Shown: positions 57,502 through 64,000 of the stretch, one piece after another
Layout of the letters: every line of letters begins with the position of its first letter
How positions within the stretch are numbered: position 1 is the first letter of the stretch
Virus record (IMG/VR): IMGVR_UViG_3300009185_000001
Coordinates: 64,001 to 128,000 of that record
Reading direction: 5' to 3' (one strand)
From: a virus
Taxonomy: Duplodnaviria > Caudoviricetes
Length of the DNA: 64,000 nucleotides
The notes under the pieces: generated by a model
Database searches by the model: none
What the model saw: only the letters and a program-made list of their open reading frames with translations
Told to the model about the DNA's origin: nothing
Position numbers and translations under genes: made by a program

Positions 57502-58152
57502 TCATAATTGTTCTTGATCTCTCAAGCGTTTTGGAGCCATAATAACAAAAGAGTTTAAAACTTCTTTTAGTTTTTCAATTTCACCTGCAATACGAGTAAT
57601 GCTGTCAGAAGCTTTACGTGTTATGCCTCTTAATAAGCTACCTGCTTTATCGTTGTCTGCTAAAACTTTGTGCAAAGATTCAGTAGAAGGATCATTTAAG
57701 AATTCTGCAAATTGATCTAATTTTCCAGACCATTCTTTAATTTGTTTAATGCTTTCAGTTGAAATATTAGGATCTAAACCTTCAACATCGAAATCTTCTG
57801 GATTTGTTTCTGAATCAAAAGATTTTTCATAATCTTGTTTTGTTTTTTCTGGTGTAAAATCATTAGGAGATTTTTGTTCCATGCCAACCAAAGAATCTTC
57901 TTCGGAAGAAGCATCTTCTGGAGTTTTTGCATCTGCTTCTTCTTGTTCTTTCAATAAATTTGAATAAAAACTGCGAATGAAAGGAAAATCAGATTCTGTC
58001 AATGTTTTGTCTTTTTTAAAAATATTTTCGATGGAGTCTTTCATAAATTTTGATGCATTTCCCTTCAATACTGTATCAACGTCCTTTTTTCTTTTCTTAT
58101 CAACACAAGGAACAGTTGATATGGCATTTTTTTTCTTCTTGATTTTATACAT
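57502..58152 (-). CDS. Hypothetical late protein
   Basis: TATAAATA at 58168-58175 (- strand); NLLKEQEE, acidic middle; start uncertain. Confidence 0.45.
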   Translation of the reverse strand: MYKIKKKKNAISTVPCVDKKRKKDVDTVLKGNASKFMKDSIENIFKKDKTLTESDFPFIRSFYSNLLKEQEEADAKTPEDASSEEDSLVGMEQKSPNDFTPEKTKQDYEKSFDSETNPEDFDVEGLDPNISTESIKQIKEWSGKLDQFAEFLNDPSTESLHKVLADNDKAGSLLRGITRKASDSITRIAGEIEKLKEVLNSFVIMAPKRLRDQEQL

Positions 58153-58208
58153 ACTTGTGGGATAATATATTTATATTTACTCCGTGAATGTTAAATTTAT
58201 ATAAAAAT

Positions 58209-58880
58209 ATGAATACTGATTATAAAATAATTGTTGCAACTCCACATAAAAAAGAAGAATTTAGAGATAAAGCGGGGATTGCGCTTACCCTAGATAAATT
58301 AAATGTTTTTAATGCTTCTTCTATAATTTATGAAAACAAACAAGGACTAACTAAAGTTTATAATTCTTTTATAAATGAGGAGAATAGAGGAAAAAAATTA
58401 ATTTTTGTACATGATGATGTTATAATTGAAGATCTTTTTTTTGAGGAAAAACTTAAATTAGCATTTGAAAAATATGATATTGTTGGTTTGGCTGGCACAA
58501 AACAATGCAATTTAGATTCTGATATGATGGCATGGCATTTGATGTCACCTAGAGAGTCATTTGTTGGTGAGGTAGGGCATAGTAAGGATAAAAATTACTG
58601 GACAAGTGGATTCGGTCCAAGTCCATCAAGAGCATTAATAATCGATGGGTTGTTTATTGCGGTAAATGTTGATAAATTATTGGAAACAAACACTAGATTT
58701 GATGAAGATTTTGATTTTCATCACTATGACATATCTTTTTGCTTGATTGCTAATAGAAACAAGTTAAAAATAGGTGTATATCCGATCAAAGTTACTCATT
58801 TTGGTCTTGGAGACAGTATGAACTCTCCTGAATGGTTGAAAAGCTCTATAACATTTAAACAAAAATATTTAAAATGGTAA
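58209..58880 (+). CDS. GT2-like (Glyco_tranf_2_5-like) glycosyltransferase
   Basis: KVYNS, LIFVHDDV, IVGLAG, IIDGLFIAV, FHHYDISFC; second ATG preferred. Confidence 0.7.
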   Translation: MNTDYKIIVATPHKKEEFRDKAGIALTLDKLNVFNASSIIYENKQGLTKVYNSFINEENRGKKLIFVHDDVIIEDLFFEEKLKLAFEKYDIVGLAGTKQCNLDSDMMAWHLMSPRESFVGEVGHSKDKNYWTSGFGPSPSRALIIDGLFIAVNVDKLLETNTRFDEDFDFHHYDISFCLIANRNKLKIGVYPIKVTHFGLGDSMNSPEWLKSSITFKQKYLKW

Positions 58881-59272
58881 AAAAACCTTATAATGATGAT
58901 TTATTCATCCACATGGATTGGATTTTAAAGAAAAAGGGCAGCGAACCGCAATGCGAAAACAATATACCATATCCATTTATTTTAAACCGATGGTTATCGA
59001 TGGTGGACTCATCTATTTCTCAGATTATCAATGCAACCACGAATAAATGGATTACTGCACAGGGAATTTGCTCTGACAAAAAAACTTTAGGCAGATTTTA
59101 TAGAAAAGTTATGCCAAAAACCTTTAAGAAGTATTCATACATAAAAAAACCTTCTAAAAATGAATATAATAGTGATGATTATGAGAATTTAGCAATCGTT
59201 AAAGAAATTTCTGTAAGAGAAATAAAAATGTATGAAAAAACACTTGCAGAATTAAAGGAGCAACTTAAATAG
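58874..59272 (+). CDS. gp62: Clamp loader small subunit gp62-like
   Basis: YPFILNRWLSM...N...RFY...PK..KKYSYIKK...ISVREIKMY. Confidence 0.6.
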   Translation: MVKKPYNDDLFIHMDWILKKKGSEPQCENNIPYPFILNRWLSMVDSSISQIINATTNKWITAQGICSDKKTLGRFYRKVMPKTFKKYSYIKKPSKNEYNSDDYENLAIVKEISVREIKMYEKTLAELKEQLK

Positions 59273-59279
59273 ATATATT

Positions 59280-59663
59280 ATGATGCAAAGACCCGAACAA
59301 GAAGATAGAATTGGTGGATTAGTACAAATTGATAACTACAAAGGTAGTCATTTTGAACTTGATGGTTGGCAATTGTCTAAAGTTTTAGATGATATTTTAA
59401 TGGTTCAGTATGCAGATATCAACGAAGAAGGTGATTTGGTAAAAAGAGGAAGCATGTGGGTTCCTATTAATGCCGTTAATCACGTCTGGAGAGTTGGAAG
59501 GATTTTATTGGCTGGACCAAATTGTAAGACTGTTACTGAAGGAGATCATATAGTTTTTCCAAATGATAGAGGAATTCAAGTTTCCAATTTAAACGGACTT
59601 AAACATATTGTCTTCTTGAACGAGGCCAGAATATTTGGAATCTGTACTCCAAAGGCTTCTTAA
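59280..59663 (+). CDS. GroES-like co-chaperonin (gp31 analogue)
   Basis: DDILMVQY...RVGRILLAGPNCKTVTEGDHIVFP...FLNEARIFG; TAAATA upstream. Confidence 0.7.
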   Translation: MMQRPEQEDRIGGLVQIDNYKGSHFELDGWQLSKVLDDILMVQYADINEEGDLVKRGSMWVPINAVNHVWRVGRILLAGPNCKTVTEGDHIVFPNDRGIQVSNLNGLKHIVFLNEARIFGICTPKAS

Positions 59664-59673
59664 ATAAAGAACA

Positions 59674-60057
59674 GTGAAGCTATCATTGGATGGTCTAAGA
59701 CAACTTTGTTCTTCTAATCTAGTTGAATTAAAGTTTAATAGAAGATTAAGAATAATTGGATTACCTCCGACCAGAAGAATGCTAGCTACTTTGGATGCTC
59801 AACTTTTAAATTCTACTTTAGGAAAGGAAGTATTAAACTTCAAACCTCCGGTAAGAAATGCTGCATATAATGCAGCATCTAAAGGGTTATTAACTGTTTG
59901 GGATTTACTATATCAGGATTGGAGAAATATTCCAATTGAAAATGTTTTTGTAGTATCCACAGTTCCAACAAAACCCGAAAAAACTTTTTGGGAATACTTT
60001 GATAAAGTTTTAGGAAAAATGACAGCTTCACAGAAAGCTGCATTCATGAGCAAATGA
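59674..60057 (+). CDS. DUF2693/WYL-like SH3-fold protein
   Basis: VELKFNRR...RRMLATL...TVWDLLYQDWRNIPIENV; GTG start. Confidence 0.55.
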   Translation: MKLSLDGLRQLCSSNLVELKFNRRLRIIGLPPTRRMLATLDAQLLNSTLGKEVLNFKPPVRNAAYNAASKGLLTVWDLLYQDWRNIPIENVFVVSTVPTKPEKTFWEYFDKVLGKMTASQKAAFMSK

Positions 60058-60410
60058 ATATTACAAAAACACCAACAGAAAATGCATGTATGTTTTTACT
60101 ACAGAAAAACATATCATTAGAATTAAATAACAAACCATATAAGCAGGGAAAGCTTATAATTTTTTATCAGAAAAATTTTTATTTGACATTTGTAATAGAT
60201 ACTGTTAAAAAGAAGAGAGAAAAAATAGAAATACCTATTCCTTTTGGAGTGGAAATGCACGAAGATGATGATTTGGTGTTTTTTGATTATAGATTAAAAA
60301 CGCTTGCCAAACAAGCTCCAGAAGTGGAGAATTATCTGAGAGTATATTCCTCTAAAAAGAATTCTAATAAATTTTGGAACTCAATATTAACAATCGATGC
60401 AAAAAACTAA
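60054..60410 (+). CDS. Hypothetical protein
   Basis: 118-aa ORF with ATGA overlap. Confidence 0.5.
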   Translation: MNITKTPTENACMFLLQKNISLELNNKPYKQGKLIIFYQKNFYLTFVIDTVKKKREKIEIPIPFGVEMHEDDDLVFFDYRLKTLAKQAPEVENYLRVYSSKKNSNKFWNSILTIDAKN

Positions 60411-60654
60411 TAATATTCTAATGTATAGTATCTTTTCTGGAACTTTTTATGAGGTTCCAGATTCAGATTTTCATCTTATGGATGGTGGTCAGATTCCTCT
60501 GCTCAAAAAACCTTCTTCAAGCTGTAGCAAATGCTATGGAAGAGGGCACCTAGGCAGGGATACGCAAAGCTTTGGTTATACCGTGTGTAATTGTGTGCGA
60601 AAAGTAGCAAATATTAACCTCCTCAAGACCGCCAAAGATGTTACAATTAGTTGA
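60397..60654 (+). CDS. Small Zn-ribbon protein
   Basis: CSKCYGRG...VCNC. Confidence 0.5.
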   Translation: MQKTNNILMYSIFSGTFYEVPDSDFHLMDGGQIPLLKKPSSSCSKCYGRGHLGRDTQSFGYTVCNCVRKVANINLLKTAKDVTIS

Positions 60655-62302
60655 TTACCTAAAGACATTTCCCACCGATGCAAAAGCAAGACCACAGCAA
60701 GAAGTTGCTTTAAATAAAATAGCCAAAGCATTTTCTAGTGGTAAAAAATTTGTTATAGCATCGCTTCCTACTGGTTCTGGCAAATCTCATATTGCAGCAT
60801 CCGTTGCAAGATCTGCAACTCCAATAGATACCCGCCGAAAAGAGTTGGTAGATTCTTATATGATATATAAGAAGGACAGGAATGGAAATTTTAAGTATGA
60901 AGATGATTTTTTAGACGGAACTTCATTCGGAAGTTACATTCTGACTATCACCAAATCATTGCAGGATCAGTATAAGGGGTTGTTTAAAGAGTCTGTAATC
61001 GTTAAGGGCAAATCGAATTATTCCTGTGATGTAGACCCCAACGTATCAATTGATTTTGCTCCCTGTTTATATTCACCAGAAATCAAAGAGGCTTGTTTTG
61101 CTGCTGACAGATGTCCTTATTATAGAAATCGAAATGCTGCGTTTACTTCGGTAGATCCTGTATTGAATTACAGAGCTTTCATGAATCTTCCTAGTTTTTT
61201 GAGAAAACGAGAAATCTATATATTCGATGAAGCTGGTGACATGGAAGCCGAATTAGTGGGTCAGTATTCTATATCAATAAATTATTCACATCTTTTGGCT
61301 GAAGATATTGATTTTAGAAAATTGAGTAGCGATGACAATAGAGAAGCTGGAAAATGGCTAAACGATGTTTATACTAAATTAAAAAGCGAATCTGATAAGT
61401 TAAAAAATCGACTCTCCAACCTAGAGAAGAAGGAATCACATAAAGCAGTTAAAAATAAAGACATTCAGAGATTAGGAAAGCTTAATGGAATGATTCATTC
61501 ATTGGAAAATGTTATTAATTTTTGGGAGGAGTGTGAGTATTTGGTTGAACGTAGAGATTCTGAGGGTGTAACATTTGTTCCTTATGATGTTAGACCATTA
61601 GCTGATATGCTTTTTAAGGGTGCAGATATGATTTTAATGATGTCTGCTACTATTTCTAATCCCAAACAATTTGCAAAAACACTGGGTATTCAAGAAGGCC
61701 AATATGAATTCATAGAAGCCTCTTCTTCGTTCAGTTCTACCAAATCTCCTATCAGGACATCTAGGAAATATAGTCTTTCATATAAAAACAATAATAAAGA
61801 TTTACCGAGAATAATAGAAGCCGCTGTAGAGCTTTGCAAATGCCACAAGGGGCAGAAGGGAGTTATCCATACCCATACAAATAAAATAGCCGAAGAAATA
61901 AAGAGAAAGGTTTCTGGTGATAGTAGATTTATTTTTAGAGAAATAGGAAATACCAATGAAGATATTTTGGAAGAGCATAAATCAAGAATCGATGATGATA
62001 CAATTTTGGTAAGTCCCTCTTTAGATACTGGAATTAGTTTGGATGGTGATCTGGGAAGGTTTCAGATAATACTAAAGGCTCCGTTTCTTCCACTAAGCTC
62101 TAAGAGAATTAAAAAAATATACGACAAGAATAAAGAATATTACATGATGAAGATGTTGGATAATTTGATTCAAATGTGCGGAAGATGTACAAGATCAGAT
62201 GAGGATCATTCTGTAACTTATATTTTGGATGCAAATGCTGTAAATTCTATCATTTCAAATAAACATTTATTACCTAAACATTTTTTAGAACGTATTTCGT
62301 GA
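60638..62302 (+). CDS. DinG/XPD-like SF2 helicase
   Basis: RPQQ, LPTGSGKS, Cys cluster C..C..C..CPYY, DEAG, MSATI, GISL, QMCGRCTR. Confidence 0.8.
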   Translation: MLQLVDYLKTFPTDAKARPQQEVALNKIAKAFSSGKKFVIASLPTGSGKSHIAASVARSATPIDTRRKELVDSYMIYKKDRNGNFKYEDDFLDGTSFGSYILTITKSLQDQYKGLFKESVIVKGKSNYSCDVDPNVSIDFAPCLYSPEIKEACFAADRCPYYRNRNAAFTSVDPVLNYRAFMNLPSFLRKREIYIFDEAGDMEAELVGQYSISINYSHLLAEDIDFRKLSSDDNREAGKWLNDVYTKLKSESDKLKNRLSNLEKKESHKAVKNKDIQRLGKLNGMIHSLENVINFWEECEYLVERRDSEGVTFVPYDVRPLADMLFKGADMILMMSATISNPKQFAKTLGIQEGQYEFIEASSSFSSTKSPIRTSRKYSLSYKNNNKDLPRIIEAAVELCKCHKGQKGVIHTHTNKIAEEIKRKVSGDSRFIFREIGNTNEDILEEHKSRIDDDTILVSPSLDTGISLDGDLGRFQIILKAPFLPLSSKRIKKIYDKNKEYYMMKMLDNLIQMCGRCTRSDEDHSVTYILDANAVNSIISNKHLLPKHFLERIS

Positions 62303-62314
62303 TAAATATAGGAA

Positions 62315-63010
62315 GTGAAGAATTATACTTTCCATTTTGAAGCGCAAACATTATTAGAACAATTTGTAGCAGCTTTTAACGATATTGTTATTAAAAGATA
62401 TGATAATCAGGATACAACAGTATCTCCTACAAGTGGATTTAAGGTAAATTTTGTATATTCCCCTAAACAAAGATTATATGCTACTTTAAATACACCAGCA
62501 CCGGGTGGGCTAACGGTTCCTTGTGTTGCGGTTAGTATAAATGGCATATCAAGAGACAATACTAGAGTTTTTAATAAATTAGAAGGATTTACAGTTCCTA
62601 ATTTTGATATAGAATCTGGAAATTATGTAAAAAATATTCCACAACCAGTTCCTGTAAATATTGGTGTGAATATGACCATAGTTACTAAATTTCAAGCAGA
62701 TATGGATCAGATATTATCTAATTTTATACCATATTGTGATCCTTATATCATAATTTCATGGAAACTTCCATTTGCTAAAAATTTTGAAATAAGGTCTGAA
62801 GTATTATGGAGCGGACAAACAAACGTCCAATATCCAAGTGATATTGGACCTACACAAGCATTTAGAATATCCGCTGATACATCTTTTACGATAAAGGGAT
62901 GGTTATTCAAAAAAACTGATGAAATAGTTAAAAGAATTTATACAATAGATGAAAAATTCTTTATTTCTAATGACCCAACAAAGGATTATTTTAATTTACC
63001 AGAATTATAA
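62315..63010 (+). CDS. gp15: Tail sheath stabiliser/completion protein gp15-like
   Basis: LEQFVAAFNDIVIKR...YSPKQR...PVPVNIGVNMTI..KFQADMDQILSNFIPY..P...FTIKGWLF; GTG start. Confidence 0.8.
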   Translation: MKNYTFHFEAQTLLEQFVAAFNDIVIKRYDNQDTTVSPTSGFKVNFVYSPKQRLYATLNTPAPGGLTVPCVAVSINGISRDNTRVFNKLEGFTVPNFDIESGNYVKNIPQPVPVNIGVNMTIVTKFQADMDQILSNFIPYCDPYIIISWKLPFAKNFEIRSEVLWSGQTNVQYPSDIGPTQAFRISADTSFTIKGWLFKKTDEIVKRIYTIDEKFFISNDPTKDYFNLPEL

Positions 63011-63013
63011 ATT

Positions 63014-63514
63014 ATGGACGCAAGAGTTCTAGTATACGCAAAACCAAGTGCAGCAGATGTATTTCCATATAACATATATGTGGTGACTCCTGAATTATCT
63101 TCCACACAAATTAAAAACATTATAGTTTCTGGAAAAAGTTTTTATCAATTAAGATCCTTATACCTAAGCGGAAGTGATATAAGCATATTTCAAGGATTAA
63201 GTTACAATTATTTCAATCCATTTGTTGGTGTAGAACATTTAGATGTTAAAAATCCTCCCTTTTCCGCAACTTTAATACCTACATTTACAGTAGTTAGTGA
63301 AAATGTTTTACAATTTGACATACCGGATAGAATTTTTTATAATATACATGGAAAAACACCTCCATATGATTCTCATTTGGATGTAATAGTAGAAAATGAA
63401 GCAGGATATGGTCTTTTAACAAGAGATAGTATTATGTATAGAGTTAGTTCGTGGAGTGGTTTTATCCAAGAACAAAAACCCTCAATATCTGGAATATATA
63501 TTGCAACAACATAA
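63014..63514 (+). CDS. Hypothetical (Ig/IPT-like) structural protein
   Basis: beta-rich; LQFDIP...DVIVENEAGYG. Confidence 0.4.
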   Translation: MDARVLVYAKPSAADVFPYNIYVVTPELSSTQIKNIIVSGKSFYQLRSLYLSGSDISIFQGLSYNYFNPFVGVEHLDVKNPPFSATLIPTFTVVSENVLQFDIPDRIFYNIHGKTPPYDSHLDVIVENEAGYGLLTRDSIMYRVSSWSGFIQEQKPSISGIYIATT

Positions 63515-63547
63515 AGATTATTTGTCCGTTGTCTCTAAATATATTAA

Positions 63548-64000
63548 ATGGCAGCAATTTTTAATATATACAACAAATTAGAATCAACGTATTGGAAACC
63601 CGTAAATTTTAATGTTGTTGGAGATCAAGTTAATGTTAAAAAAATTCCAATATTATTTGATAATGGAATGTATTTCTATTTGCATACATTTTTAAAAAAT
63701 TCAAATGATTTTACATTTAATAAAAAAACAGGTAATTTTTTAACAAATTTTTTATACAATTCTTATTTTTTAAAAAATAATGTAAATCCTTATATAAACA
63801 ATGAATTAACAAAAATAGAAAGTCCTATAACTTCATCTGAAAATAGTGTTTATAGTATATATAATGCAAATTCCTCTATACCAAACAATCCAACTGTTTT
63901 AAAAGATACTGAACAATTAAACTTTTCAAAAACTGATACGATAGAATTTTTATTTAAAAATGATTATGTAGTTGTTAAAAATATATACGGAAGAGTTCTA
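63548..64000 (+). CDS. Hypothetical protein, 3' truncated by the window end
   Basis: ATG at 63548, frame open to 64000 (MAAIFNIYNKLESTYWKP...), TAAATA 6 nt upstream. Confidence 0.55.
   Translation, partial: MAAIFNIYNKLESTYWKPVNFNVVGDQVNVKKIPILFDNGMYFYLHTFLKNSNDFTFNKKTGNFLTNFLYNSYFLKNNVNPYINNELTKIESPITSSENSVYSIYNANSSIPNNPTVLKDTEQLNFSKTDTIEFLFKNDYVVVKNIYGRVL

Noticed and set aside
1-64000. Stop-codon recoding, as seen in some large phages
   Set aside because: Conserved genes (gp43, gp41, gp46, UvsW, UvsX) are full-length in the standard code, and TAA, TAG and TGA all end genes.
1-64000. tRNA, rRNA or other structured ncRNA genes
   Set aside because: Intergenic gaps are nearly all under 100 nt and AT-rich; no cloverleaf or T-loop (GTTCRA) context was recognised by eye. 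tRNAscan/Infernal were not run.

Overview
64 kb, AT-rich fragment of a large T4-like myophage (T4 superfamily), read in the standard genetic code. No rRNA, tRNA or CRISPR array was seen. All calls come from reading motifs; no database search was run. Left (1-16.5 kb, + strand): tail/baseplate and packaging genes, including a tape-measure/gp29-like protein, gp48-, gp53-, gp3-, gp27- and gp5-like genes and the terminase. The terminase is fractured inside its Walker A motif by an atypically split intein (31-aa IntN, 119-aa IntC), with a free-standing Zn-finger/Vsr-like endonuclease gene between the halves. The gp5 OB-fold gene carries what looks like a GH75 chitosanase-type domain in place of T4 lysozyme. 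Middle (16.5-45 kb, mostly - strand): T4-type replication, recombination and late-transcription genes (gp45-like, gp32, DHH nuclease, gp41, UvsX, HNH, ThyX, gp43, gp46, gp47, gp55, UvsW, UvsY). A 12-gene glycosyltransferase/methyltransferase island lies between gp47 and gp46. Right (45-64 kb): GIY-YIG nuclease, GT9-like enzyme plus sulfotransferase, repeat-rich fibre genes, primase, gp62-like loader subunit, GroES-like protein, DinG/XPD-like helicase and gp15. Both sigma70-type and late (TAAATA) promoter motifs recur about 6 nt upstream of start codons, suggesting largely leaderless mRNAs. A 13-bp hairpin covers the DNA polymerase start codon.
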